From: Raja brachyura
Taxonomy: Eukaryota
DNA length: 64,000 nucleotides
Assembly (NCBI GenBank): GCA_963514005.1
Contig: OY740804.1
Coordinates: forward strand, 5,704,001-5,768,000
Direction: 5' to 3'
Shown here: positions 1 to 11,998 of the stretch, piece after piece
How positions within the stretch are numbered: the first letter of the stretch is position 1
How the letters are laid out: each line of letters starts with the position of its first letter
Translations under genes and position numbers: made by a program
The notes under the pieces: generated by a model
Told to the model about the DNA's origin: nothing
What the model saw: the letters and a program-made list of their open reading frames with translations, nothing else
Database searches by the model: none

Positions 1-918
1 TTTCTACACTGTGTTTCTCTATGGGTCTGTGATCCAATGAAACCAAATATTGAAGCATAATAAAATTGTGTACGTTCAGCCATGATCACTTTGAATGGTA
101 GTGCTGGCTCAAAGGGCTAAAAAGGCCTACCCCCGCGCCTATTGTTTATTGTCCATTGTTTCAAGCAGGACACCAAATATATATTTATCTCTTAAATATT
201 CTTTAATAATATGTATATAACTTGAAAAACAGTTATTAGTTAACTTATCAGAAGCGGAATTGCACTGGGTTTACATCTCATTTTGTTGTGTACATGCTTG
301 GATGATAAGAACAAGTTCCTCCATTTGCTGCTTTTCACATAGAGCTCCCTACGGTATTCACCATGACTTCTCCATCACTAACCCCACCCCATGCTGTGAG
401 ATGAATATAGTTTCCAAGCCCAAATCTTTCACTTTAGGTTTGCTGTGACTTGCTCTGGTGTAGTGCTGATAGGAAAATGCATTATGAATTATGGGCTAAG
501 ACATCCCTCTTGATATCACTTGTGGCAACACCTTGCCATTGATGGGGTCATGCACCAAAAAATCGCTGGTGCAAAATGTGAGAAAACAGTGTTGAATCAG
601 ACGGAATACAGTGAACTGAGTTAACTGACGCTCTCTTACACATTGAACCTTGAAACCTCTCCCGTTGGGTTTCTCCAGTATTTTGTGTCTATCTACTCTG
701 TATGCACTGAATTCCCTGCTTCATCTCATGACTTATTTCACTGTCTTCTCCGAATCCATATAACCGTGTAATCTCTCATTCCCAGCCTTGTAGTCATACT
801 CCAGCAATAAGGTCAGTAAATGGTGATCATAAGTTGTCCCCCACACCGCCCCAGTGCGTTCTTTCTCCCAGCTGATCTCCATTGACTCTGCTGCTTCGCC
901 CCGCTCCACTTCACCAAG

Positions 919-937
919 ATTATGAAGCAAATAACAG
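919..937 (+). CDS. Gene 0: candidate 19-nt stalk micro-exon ((G)AT TAT GAA GCA AAT AAC AG = DYEANN(S)), phase 1 to 2
   Basis: Acceptor ccacttcaccaAG and donor AG|GTATAT. Phase fits a phase-1 Ig exon upstream and the phase-2 TM exon at 1006. Conserved at 17637-17655. The 5' boundary is uncertain: an upstream acceptor at ~871 gives stops in all frames. Confidence 0.4.
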
Positions 938-1005
938 GTATATGTTTCAAAGATAAACCGTCTCGTTTTCTCCCATTGATTCTGTTTCTCTTGCTCTTTG
1001 CCCAG

Positions 1006-1096
1006 TTACATCTCATGGAAAGAGGGGCGCTGGCTGTTCTTTCTCCCGCTTGTGATCTGGAGTATCTCAACCGCGGTGTTTACAAGAGGCTCTAAG
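1006..1096 (+). CDS. Gene 0: activating-type TM exon (YISWKEGRWLFFLPLVIWSISTAVFTRGSK); upstream exons lie before the window
   Basis: Long polypyrimidine tract ending cccAG, donor AAG|GTAGGT. Hydrophobic segment with charged K/E/R near its N-terminal part. Paralogous exon at 17724-17814. Confidence 0.75.
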
Positions 1097-1480
1097 GTAG
1101 GTTTTATTGTCATCGTGTTTATAAATTATAGGAGCAGAATTAGGCCATTCAGCATATCATATCTAATCCGCTCCAATCACGGCTGATCTGTCCTTCCCTC
1201 TAGATCCCATTCTCCTGCCTTCTCCCCACAACCAATGACATCCTATTTATCAAGAATATGAATATCTCCGCCTTAAAAATATAAATTCATGTGGATGGAT
1301 ACAAAATTGCTGGAGTCTCTCGGCGGAACAGGCTGCATCTCCTCTGCGATTTGGCTGGGCCTCCACAGCCTCCTGTGGCAATAAAATCCACACATCCAGA
1401 CAGCAGTGTGTTGGGAGTGGTCGGTTCAAATAAAGCGTCGTTCCCACTGTCAGTGAGTCTGATCACATTGTCTTTTGCAG

Positions 1481-1528
1481 AAACGCGATGAATCACAACC
1501 TTGCCACTCGACACACCAATTACAATGA
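1481..1528 (+). CDS. Gene 0: terminal exon, short cytoplasmic tail KRDESQPCHSTHQLQ*, no tyrosine motif
   Basis: Acceptor tcttttgcAG, phase 0 matching the TM donor, TGA at 1526-1528, AATAAA at 1758-1763. Paralog at 18256-18303. Confidence 0.7.
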   Translation, partial: KRDESQPCHSTHQLQ

Positions 1529-2109
1529 AGACACCTAGCTTGCACCACCTTATTGGTGACTAGCTTTGTCACCTATTCCAAGGTTTCTTTCGTCAGCTTC
1601 GAATTATTGATTTAACGTCTGCTTGGTTTCTGCTGCTCCAGAGTCATATTCTCTGTTAAACTATATTATATGCATTCGACTTCCTGGGGAAAAAAGTTTT
1701 TTCACAGATTAATGAATAATAATGCAACCGAACGCTTCTTAATCAATGGTTGTTGTCAATAAATGGTTTATCTAATTTGTTTTGTTTAGATTGCAACTTT
1801 AGTAATGAAGAACAGACTGCAATCAGAATGCTGGATAATCCTCGTGTTGCCAAATATTAAAAACGTTTAGGAAAGGCATTCAAATAATCTTTCAGACCAT
1901 GCCATCCCACAGAACAAAATTATGCAACGACATTGTTCTAACTATTAGCCTTATTTTTCTCTCCACAGACGCTGACTGACGCGCTAAGCACATCCAACAT
2001 CTGCATATCTCATTGCGAGAGGAAGGGACTGCAGATGCTGGTTTAAACTGAAGATAGACATAAATTGCTGGTGTAATTCAGCGTGACTGGCGGCATCTGT
2101 GGATAGATC

Positions 2110-2590
2110 AGGTAGGGGTAGGCAGACTGAGCGGCGATGTTCAGCGAAACGAATGCCGAGCCTGCGCTTGTTCTCGCTTCTCGGCGATAGTTTCCCTGGA
2201 TACCTCCGCTGAGTCCGCCCCATCCCCGATATCCCGGTCGCTAAACACTTTAACTCCCCCTTCCCATTCCCACACTGACATTTCTGCCCTGAGCATCCTC
2301 CATTGTCACAGTGAGTCCCAGCGCAAATTGGAGGAACGGCACCTCATATTTCGCTTGCGCAGCTTACATCCTAGCGGTGTGAACATTGACGTCTCTACAT
2401 TCAAGTAACCCTTGCTTTCCCTCTCAATCCCCCCCTCCTTCCCAGTTCTCCGATTAGTCTGACAGTCTCCGACTACATTTGATCTCTTATTACTTTGTTG
2501 TTACCTTCTCCCAGCTAACAATTATCTATTCTAGATTTTCCTTTGATCTGCATACCCTTTGTTCCGTTTTCACACCTTACAATTCTTTAT
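2110..2590 (+). mobile_element. Penelope-like element 3' fragment (GIY-YIG C-terminus) with a short inverted 5' piece
   Basis: Plus strand reads PVAKHFNS...HCHSESQRKLEERHLIFRLRSLHPSGVNID. Minus strand 2110-2180 reads KRRLGIRFAEHRRSV. Paralog at 21255-21735. Confidence 0.6.
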
Positions 2591-3007
2591 CCAACGACGA
2601 TTAAGCAAAACAATATAATTATGTCTTAAAGAAGGAACTGCAGATGCTTCATTCGCCACTGACCCATGACTTCTGCAAACACTGCTCAGCAAACAGTCTG
2701 AAGAAGGGTCTCGACCGGAAACGTCACCCGTTCCTTTCATCCAGAGATGCTGCGTGTCCCGCTGAGATAATCCGGCATTTTGTACAACAATATTTTTTTG
2801 AGTAAGTGATTGAAAGATACAGCATCGAAACAGACCATTTGGCCCACCGAGCCCACGTCAACCAGCAATCAACCCTTTCACACTGGTTCTATATCACCCC
2901 ATTTTCGCGTCTTTTGAGTACACTAATCTTGATAAACATTTTAATGCTGCTACGAGGTATTCATCTTGTCCACCGTACAAAGGAGTTAAAGGACTATAAA
3001 TAATGCC

Positions 3008-3322
3008 CACGGTGGCGCAACGGTAGAGTTGCTCCCTTACAGCGCTTGCAGCACCGGAGACCCAGGTTCGATCCCGATTACGGGAACCGTGTGTACGGAT
3101 TTTGAACGTTTACCCCATGATCGCGTGGGTTTTCTCAGAGATCTTCGGTTTCCTCCCACACTCTCAGGACGTACAGGTGTGTAGGTTCATTGCTTGCTAT
3201 TAATGTAAATTGTCCCCAGTCTGTGTGGGGTAGTGTTAATGTGCGGCGATCGCTGGTCAGTGTGGACTCAGTGTTCCGAGGGCTTGTTTCCGCGCTGTAT
3301 CTGTAAACTAAACTAAACTAAA
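3008..3322 (+). mobile_element. tRNA-derived SINE (elasmobranch HE1/V-SINE-like)
   Basis: A-box-like TGGCGCAACGG, B-box GGTTCGATCCC, central GGTTTCCTCCCACACTC core and (CTAAA)n tail. Related copies at about 10350-10625(-), 21737-21992, 46090-46385(-), 47420-47685(-), 54808-55065, 55390-55655, 56883-57935 (interrupted), 59740-60050, 61480-61700(-), 61915-62225. Confidence 0.75.
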
Positions 3323-4539
3323 CGAGTGGAAAGTCTATTCTTGTGCAGAACAAAATGGTTGAGTCGCAGTTTGCAAAGCGCGGGGTGTGAGACTGCAAAT
3401 ACATTGTGTTGCTTTCCTCAGTCTGACTTGTGACTGTAACCCCGCCCATGAGTGTACTGTGAAAGATGTTGTTTGAAAATTAAAAAAAATGGAGACCGGC
3501 AAAAACAGACTATAAGTTCGGAAAGAGTCAGGAATTGCTTTGGGTAAAATGTTTCACTGCCAAAGATAAATATTCTCCACACAGTAAGCGGGGAGACACG
3601 GAAATGAGACGAGAGGCTGCTTTGAACTCACAAATCCACAGGTCAGGGATATCCGAGGGGTGCTGAATAGCCCGAGATATTTGCAGATTTTATGGTCACA
3701 CTGATGCTGCCTGGCCCGTTGAAATTGGGCTTATTAATGATCTAATGGGAGGAATTTGTGCTATTCCCCACCACAAGACATCCCAAAGCTCCTCAAAGAT
3801 AGTGAGAGGTAAACGGTCTGAGATGCCACAGATGTACACAAACTACTGGAGCAACTCAGCGGGATAGGCAGCATCACTGGAGGGAATGAACGGGTGACAT
3901 TTCGGGTCGATACCACTATTGTTTTTAGTGGTGGGTACTGGCTTGCAATGTATTTTAATCTAACAGTAATTTATTTCTTTATACTGAATTGTTTTGCAGG
4001 GCTGACATTTGCTCGCGCTGCTGAAACAAGGGTGTGTAGATTCGTATCTCTGAACCGCATCTTGCGAGCAGCTCGGTGTAGCACTGTTTGCTGAGCTGTG
4101 TTTGCAGAAGTCATTGGTCAATGGCGAATGAAGACAGAAATAAATTGTTCTGCTGCATCGTCGGTTCCTGTCTCCAGTGCTCTTAGTTGGGCAAGGAAAC
4201 AGGAAATAGCTCTTAACAAAAGATCCTTCACTGAGGGTCGCCAACGTTCAGACACATCAGTGTGTTACACCGATACCACGTGATGCACAACATTGCCAGT
4301 GGTGTATACAACCCGAATAAACTGCACTGTTCCCCTGAAAGTAACACACCCAGAACGATAGCCCGCAGCAGATATTGGGTTATATTATAATGCAACTAGT
4401 TGCCTACAGAATGAAATCGTTGCAAGCAGATGTACAAAGTCAGACAATTGAATGTAGATGAACACAACTCTGATAATGTATTGGCTCTTGTGAAGAAGAC
4501 ACGTTAACAATTTAATTCACCGTGCATATTCCACATTGC

Positions 4540-4680
4540 TTTAACTTCACTAAGTGTATCACTTCGCCCTTGTTTGAATTACATTACACATGTCCTTCAC
4601 ATTCCACATCCCACTTTCCCAGCTGATCTCCATCCTGTGATAATTCTAGACACACTTCGTCACAGTCCACCAGACCATTA
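4540..4680 (-). mobile_element. Old CR1 LINE ORF2 fragment
   Basis: Minus-strand GLVDCDEVCLELSQDGDQLGKW resembles the CR1 segment after FADD. Duplicated near 24650-24775. Confidence 0.5.
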
Positions 4681-5426
4681 TCTTTTTCATTTTCAAAACG
4701 TGAATATAATGATAATAATGTTTCAAAGTTTGTGTTAAAGAGTTGAAGCAGAGAGGAGAAGGCCAAACTCCGATTAACCTCAGCTGATTTCAGGTGCAAA
4801 TCCCCTACTTCTTAACGCCCTCTTGCTGTTTTGCCCCTTGTCAACTGCAATATGCCAAAACAAAAGTTCCAATGATTATATTTTTGTCTGCCGGTTCACT
4901 TACAACATCATCAAGAGGGAATGATCAGGAAGTGTACACATCTTAGACGTTTCTACTCTTCTAAATGTCATATTTTAACCAACGCATCATTGTTTACATG
5001 AAGGGTCCCGACCCGAAACGTCGCCTATCCATTTTCTCCAGAGGTGCTGCATGGCCCCCAGAGTTGCTCCTGCATTTCTCTTGGCTATCAATATTTCCAC
5101 CACTGCTCAATGTTCACAGACTCTGAGTGCACAGATAACCACCGCTCCATCCTTACGGATACATCATACTTGACGAAGTGGTTGAACCAGCTGTGATAAC
5201 AACATGTAACAGGCACTTGGACAGGTCCATGGATAGGGAAAGTTTGGGAAGATATGGGTCAAACGTGGGCAAATTTGACTGACTTAGATCAGCACGTTTC
5301 TCTCACGCGTTGGGGAGAACGGCCATTTTCCGTCCTGCATGACTCTGTGATCATCTGACCCAACCTTTTGCGAAATATAACCCTGAGCCTTTCACACTGT
5401 AACGTGTCGAGCTGCTGCTGCTTCGC

Positions 5427-5486
5427 TGTGGTTCAGGATCTGACGTCCAGTTCCCTTCCTCCTCATTGCTATTTGAGAGATGCGGT
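5427..5486 (+). promoter_or_regulatory. Putative TATA-less myeloid-type proximal promoter of gene A
   Basis: Clustered TGTGGT (RUNX, 5427), TGACGT (CRE half-site, 5441), TTCCCTTCCTC (ETS/PU.1, 5451), ATTGCTAT (C/EBP-like, 5465) and TGCGGT (RUNX, 5481), 50-110 bp upstream of the ATG. Motif match only. Confidence 0.45.
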
Positions 5487-5537
5487 TGTAGCTGAGAGCT
5501 CAAAGCTGAGCGACGGGTAGACAAGTGCCTTGCCACT

Positions 5538-5586
5538 ATGGATAAAACAATGTGGATTCGAATTCTTCTCATCTCCTCGCTGCCCG
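5538..5586 (+). CDS. Gene A exon 1: signal peptide MDKTMWIRILLISSLP(G)
   Basis: Good Kozak context (actATGG), hydrophobic leader, canonical phase-1 donor CG|GTGAGT. Splices in frame to the V exon at 6660. Confidence 0.85.
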
Positions 5587-6299
5587 GTGAGTGAAAGCCA
5601 GATCTAGATATTTCAATGAACAATGTTAGTTGGGGTCCCGTGCACCCTTTCCACCGCAGAGATGGTTCAGTGTGTGTAGACATGTAATGGGGGAGATGCA
5701 ACTCAGTGCATTGTGGTGATGGATATGAAACCACATTTGAATATTTAGACTATGTTTGTAGTTTAACAGTTGACACATGGTCTATTTGCATCATGATGAT
5801 AGTTTAAATAGAGAATAGAAGCTGTCCCCGATGAGCAGCGGACAATTTGCTCCCAATTCAGTTTAGTTTATTGTCGCGTGGACCGAGGTACAGTGAAAAG
5901 CTGTTTTATTGCGTGCGAACCAGCCAGCAGAAAGACAATACATGATCACAATCGATCGTCATACAGTGCATAGATACATGAAAATGAAATTTAAAGCCAG
6001 CAAAGTCCGATCGAGGGTAGTCCGAAGGTCGACAAAGAGGTAGATAAGAGTTCAGCACTGCTCTCTGGTTGTTGCAGGGTGTTTCAGATGCATGATAACA
6101 GCTGGGAAAAAATCTGGCGGTGTGCGTTTTCACGCTAGTGACGCTCTCCGGGAAGGGACCCGCTTTATTGTAAATGGTCTGTCCTCTGTCCTCGGTCAGG
6201 GCGTTGTAAAGGCAGTGGCGGCGGTGAATGTCTAAACAAGGGTCCGGCCTAGTGCGGGTTGAGAGATAAAAGTTGGCAGCGCAGCCGGCGGCACTGCCA

Positions 6300-6495
6300 A
6301 TGAAATAGCAAAGTGGGGTATTTCTGTGGGGTGAGAGGCCGGGAACCGCCTGGGATTGTTGAAAGGCAGCTCCTGCAACACTGCCGCGCTCCCTCAGTAC
6401 CGCACTGCGATCCCAGTTTCTGCTCAGGAATCTGGAGCGGGGAGTGAACCCTAATTGTACTGACCCGGGGACAGAACACTGACACAACTGGTACA
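6300..6495 (-). mobile_element. Ancient DeuSINE-like element in the pre-V intron, copied with each V unit
   Basis: Minus strand reads ...gcagtgcggtactgagggagcgcggcagtgttgcaggagctgcctttc..., which from recall resembles the Deu domain. Copies at ~8500-8660, 26390-26590, 37280-37470. Confidence 0.35.
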
Positions 6496-6659
6496 ACAAC
6501 AGCACTGCCTGCACTTCAGACCGGAGTCATTGGCTGGGACGCAATATGAAACATCATGGAACCATTTAAGTTTTCTTTTATGTAAACTTCAAAATGTATC
6601 TATTTCCATTAAACAGTTCATTTGCTCAATCACCTGAAAGTTTCTCCCGTTCATTTCAG

Positions 6660-6974
6660 GTGCAGTGTGGGGAGAGACGTATGTAAGAGGTGTTGTGGGA
6701 AGAGCGATCACAATCGACTGTCACTATGCAGCAGAGTACCGCTCACACACAAAATACTGGTGCCGTAAGCGGACTTTCCAATGCACAGATATGGTGGAAA
6801 CAAATGGGCAACACGGACGGAGTGGAAGAGTGTCAATCACAGATAACACGGAACGAGGAATATTTACTGTGACTGTGGAGGATCTTCACTCTGAAGATAC
6901 AGGATGGTACAGCTGTGGAATCACAACATCTGCCGACCATCCAATATTTTCCGTACATCACCAAGTATCTGACG
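6660..6974 (+). CDS. Gene A V-set Ig exon (V1), CD300/pIgR/MDIR-like
   Basis: ttcatttcAG|...|GTACGT, 315 nt, phase 1-1. Motifs ITIDCHY, KYWC-x6-C (extra CC' disulfide), GRVSITDN, FTVTVEDL, DTGWYSCG. Confidence 0.92.
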
Positions 6975-7519
6975 GTACGTTTATCAGCCATTGACGACGT
7001 GTCCGCTGAAATGCCTGATCCATGTCTCCCCCGGAAAGGGTCAGGGCAGCACCGATAACCCAAGGCTGCGCAGCAGTGCAGAGACCTGCGGGGAGCGGGC
7101 GGGGAGCGGGAAACCCCACTCATGTTGCTCTCACCCAGTGCGGGCTCTGTCCCACTGAGCGGCCACCCACTTCAAGTGGGACGCTCAGCACATTTCACTG
7201 CCACTGACGTATATGAAATATCACCCTGTCAGAGGTTTGCATTCCGACTCAAACTAATAATCCGGCAGAGCAGTGAGAAACAAGTGATGCTCGCGTTCTG
7301 AATACCCCGATAATTAAAAAAAAATGGGAATCAGTCCCCAGAGCTCTACAGACTAGGGCAGGCCAGCCCGCTTCCCGTCCCCACCTCATGGATCAGTCAC
7401 TCCCTCCCCACCGCGCGCTCTCTCCCTCTCCCCCTCTGCCCGTCAATGTACCCCCACCCCCAGCAGCCACTGTCCACCCACCGGCCGGCAGCCAGCCAGC
7501 CTCTGCACCCGGACATTTC

Positions 7520-7700
7520 TCCGGTGGTAAGCAGAATAAACTAATCTTGTGCCCCATCAGCCGTCGCATGCAAAATATAACTCTCCGACGTTTTAGCCAC
7601 CTCCAACGGGATCCCACAACTAGCCACATCTTTCCATCTCCGCCGCTTTCTGCTCTCCGAAGAGACCGTTCCCTTCCTCCGCGCACCCCTGGTCAACTCG
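7520..7700 (+). mobile_element. Penelope-like element internal fragment
   Basis: PISRRMQNITLRRFSHLQRDPTTSHIFPSPPLSALRRDRSL, the linker upstream of GIY-YIG in this repeat family. Related pieces at 29140-29595 and 38455-39050. Confidence 0.55.
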
Positions 7701-8689
7701 TCCTCCTCCGTAGGACAGAGGTCCCAACATCACCACGAAGTTAATTCTACACTTCTAAAAGGTTTTTACAACTGAGGAGGAAGTCAGGATTATGGACTCA
7801 TTGCGTCAGTTCAAATATTCCCTGCATTTATCCAACTCAACTCTGTCGCAAACCCAACAATTCACCGGCGTCTGAGACTGAACCACTGTCCTCGCTCTAT
7901 CCACCCACTCTCAACTCTCTCTCCATCCTCTCTGCAATCCGCGGACCAGTGGTGCTGAATGATCCAGGAAGAGCGGGGTTCATTGAGAATAGAACCTGTC
8001 CCAGATGAGCAGCGGGACAAATGGCTCCCAATTCAGTTTAGTTTATTGTCACGTGTACCGAGGTACAGTGAAAAGCTCTTTTGTTGCGTGTTATCCAGCC
8101 AGCAGAAAGACAATCCACGATTACAATCGATCATCTAACAGAGCTTAGATACATGAAAAGTAAATAACGTTTAGTTTAAGGTAAAGCCAGCAAAGTCCGT
8201 TGAAGGGTATTCCAACGGTCATCAAAGATGTAGTTAGGAGTTCCGCACTAATCTCTGGATGTGGTAGGATGATACAAATTCCAGATTACAGCTGGGAAGA
8301 AACTATCCCAGAATCTGGCGGTGTGCGTTTTCACTTGTAAAACTCTACGGTAACGGTTCCCCGCTTTATTGCAACCCGTCCGTCCTCTGTCCTCAGTCAC
8401 GGCGTTGTAAAGGCAGTGGCGGCGGTGAATGTCTAAACAGGGGTCCTTCCCAGTGTCGGTTGAGAGATGAATGTTGGCAGCGGAGCCGGAGGCACCGTCA
8501 ATGAAATAGCAAAGTGGGCTATTTCTGTAGGGTGAGAGGCCGGGCACCGCCTGGGATTGTTGAAAGGCAGCTCCTGCAACACTGCCGCGCTCCCTCAGTA
8601 CCGTACTGCGACCCCAGCCCAGTCTCTGCTCAGGGATCTGGAGTCGGAAGTGAACCTAAATGTAAAGGAGAGTCCAAGTTTTGTCTGAT

Positions 8690-9210
8690 GATTTGTCTGA
8701 TTTGTGGTCCGTTTTAGTCGCCATGTTATAGGAAAGATGCTGTCAAGTTGGACAGGGGTCAGAGAAGACTTACAAGGATGTTGCGGTGAGTTGAGGGCCA
8801 GACATACAGGGAACTTTATTACTTGGAGCGCAGGGGGATGAGGGATGATCTTATCGCAGGCATAAAATCATGCACGGAATAGATTGTGTAACTGCACAGA
8901 GGCTTTTGCCCAGAGTAGCGGAATCGAGAACCAGAGGACATTGTTTTAAGACGAGGGGAAAATGACTGAACAGGAACCTGGTGAGTAACGTTTTTACACA
9001 AAGGTTGGTAGGTATATGAAACAAACTGCCGACCGAAGTAGTTATGGCAGGTTTTCGCAACATTTCAGAAAAACTTGGACAGGTACACGAATGGGATGTT
9101 TCGAGGGTTAAGGGCCAAGCAAGTGCAGGTGCAACTGGTGTAGATTGGGCGTGTTGGTCAGCGCGGGGAAGTTAGACCGAAGGGCTTGTTTCTACGCTGC
9201 ATGACTCTAA
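8690..9210 (+). mobile_element. CR1 LINE 3' fragment
   Basis: Degenerate P.YRKD..KL.RVQRR.TRML...LERR.MR.DLI sequence plus 3' UTR. Orthologous copy at 44230-44770. Confidence 0.7.
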
Positions 9211-9333
9211 GTAGATGGATGGGTCAGATTCCAACCTGGCGGCTTTGGCTAAGATACAGAGATGGTGGATATTGGCGAGTGTTTGATTTTCAGGTGTTCA
9301 CTCAGTGTCTGACTGTTTGCTCCTTTCCCACAG

Positions 9334-9654
9334 AACACGTCTCTGTTCCTGTGCTTGGATTTCTGCCACTAGCCAATGTCTCCTGTCCCGGGAGCTCAGT
9401 GACATTGTCCTGTGAGTCAGTCCGGGGATCCCTTCCCATTAGCTACAGCTGGTATGAAAATACCCCATCTGTGGATTCAAAGATCTCATACAACAATGCT
9501 CTGGATCTACATTGCCAAGCCTTCCGACGCCAGCACCATCAATATTATTGCAAATCGGCAAATCAACATGGATCAAAATCCAGTGAAATGGTCAACGTGT
9601 CCATCTTCAGCAGTGGCGTGTCCTGTGGTTTTCTAGTGAAAATCAACGGCACTG
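9334..9654 (+). CDS. Gene A C2-set Ig exon (C2a), FCRL/PECAM-like
   Basis: tttcccacAG|...|GTAAGT, 321 nt, phase 1-1. EHVSVPVL...VTLSCESVRGSLPISYSWY...YYCKSANQHGSKSSE. N-glycosylation sequons NVS (x2) and NGT. Confidence 0.9.
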
Positions 9655-11409
9655 GTAAGTAGTGGAGGGAATGAGGAGAAGAAGGGGAAGTGCGGGTGGG
9701 ATGGTTCATAAGATCATGTGATAGAAGCAGAAATAGGCCATTCAATCGTGGCTGGTCTATCTTCCCCTCTTCACCCCTTTCTCCTGCCTTCTCCCCAAAG
9801 CCTCCGACACCCTGAAATCCATGCACGTTATTTAGGTATCTGGTGATATCAGTCCAACCACTTTCACGCCATCATCTCCACATGACCGACACTCAAATGT
9901 GGGAAGGGATCAGTAAATGGGGCCACAATAAAATGTGGTCCACTGAAATTTGGTCCACAATAAAATTTGGTCCACAAAATCAGATTTGGTCCACTGTGTT
10001 AATGTTGAGTATTCAGTATACATCGATACTAATCCCATTTACCAGCACCTCGTCCATTGAGGGAATGCAGATACGCCCTCCTTCTAGGTTTAAAAATATT
10101 TATTGAGACCCTTGAAACATCCTGCTCCTAAAATTAACCATATCGTATCCACTTTTAAACATATCTGCCGTGCAAAATTTTGCAAAAAATACCCTATCTA
10201 TCCTGCTCACAGATTTGCACACCTGGAATAGGTTCCCCCTTCCTCACCTCTCCTGCATGAACTTTTATAAAATCCCTATCCAACCCCTGCCCATAACTGT
10301 AATGTTTCATCTTAAGCAATACTCATCTCAAGTGAAATTGCAACCTTTACATTAGTTTATGGATACAGCATGGAAACAGGCTCTTCGGCCCACAGAGTGC
10401 ACAGCGTCCAGTGCTCACCAGTACACTAGTTCAATTTACAGAAGCCAATTAACCTGCAAACCTGCACAACTTTGAAATGCGGGGGGAAAGTGGAGCACTT
10501 GGAGAAAACGCACGCAGCAGGTCACAGGCAGCAGGTACATATTCCGTGCAGACAGCATCCGTAGTCAGGATCGAACCCGTCTCAGGCGGTGAAAGGTAGC
10601 AACTCTGCCGCTGCGCCACCGTGCCGTCTACACCCGACGCCAGAGTTGTTACCAGCACGCAGGCTTGTCATGATAATTATTCCCATTTGCTGCAAATCAC
10701 ACTGAAGAAGCCTATTAAGAAGTCTGTTAAGCCTATCAATTCCTGACATCGGACAATCATACCCACCTGTTCAACTGCAAGTGAAAAGCAGTGAAACTGA
10801 CTATTATTTCCTTGTTCCAACAAGTCATGAATATTATTGTGAACATTCGATAACATCCTATTACTCTGCAAGGTAAACCGCTCGGTTTCCAAAGAAAGTC
10901 ACAATGTACTAATAGCCGTTTAAGAAGGAACTGCAGATGCTGGAACAATCGAAGGTAGATAATCTGCCATGTCCGAAGCAGGGTCTCGACCCGAAACGTC
11001 ACCTATTCGGTCGCTCCAGAGATGCTGCGCCTCCCGCTGAGTTTCTTCAGCATTTTTGTCTACCGTCGACTATTCCAGCACCTGCAGTTCCTTCTTAAAC
11101 ATGTAGTAATAGCTGGTGTTTTAATTGGGAATGCTTTAATTGGGGGAACGTTGTGACTTCCTTTCACCGGCATTAAATGCCGTGAGAGTATTGATCTGAA
11201 TTCACAGAGGCACAGCCTGTATAGACACAGTCTCACAACGGCACGACCCTGGTTCATTATGTGCTCTCTATGTGTGGTCTGCGTGTTTTGCCTTTAATGG
11301 TGTTGGTTTCATTTATGTTCTCCAGTTTCCTCCCAGCTCCCAGGGATGTGCCAGTTGTGAATTGTCCCTTGTGTACAGGAGAGCAGTTGAAAATGGAGAC
11401 CCAAGAAGT

Positions 11410-11998
11410 TTTCAAGATTTAAGAATAGATTTGCACTTCGGAACCAAGACTTGTTTAGATACCTCCAACTGAGAGATTATTACAATAACAGGGCTAAAAG
11501 GGAGGCACTAGAAGAAAAGCAGTGATAGGAGTGATAGTTAATGCGTGTCATCAAAAACCATTAAGGATTATTTCTAAACTTTATCATAGTTTAATGGAAT
11601 GTCAAGCTAAAACTACATTTTATGTTAAATGTATGTGGGAAAAGGAATTGAACGTTACAATTTCAGAAGAAGAATGGCATCATGTGTGTGTAACACTGCA
11701 GACATCCACTAATTCACAAAATTGGAGAGAATTTAATTGGAAATTTTTGATTTGTTTCTTTATTACGCCTAACATAAAAAGCAAGCAAATTCTAAGGCAG
11801 CAAACATGCTGGAGGCAATGTAGCCAAACAGACACAAATCATGCACATATCTTCTGGAGTTGCCCAAAAATAGAACCATTTTGGGAATTCAGAATTAACG
11901 GGGGTATTAGGATATATAGTCTCCAAGAAGTGTTCCGTTTTATACCTGGGTAACATAAATACAGTGGTGCTGAAGGAAGATCATTAATAGGTTAAAAT
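11410..11998 (+). mobile_element. L1-clade LINE ORF2 C-terminal fragment (5' part; continues at 16519-16800 after the DIRS insertion)
   Basis: CCHC-like CWRQC...NHAHIFWSC. Joining 11998 to 16519 restores VKILLTVGRKAITRNWL. Confidence 0.75.

Noticed and set aside
3008-3075. tRNA gene
   Set aside because: The A/B boxes belong to the head of a SINE, and no complete cloverleaf is evident.
3960-4520. Multi-copy block with protein-looking short ORFs on both strands (also ~22660 and ~24090-24600)
   Set aside because: Frames are not preserved between copies and no domain is recognisable. Its recurrence is explained by the segmental duplication.
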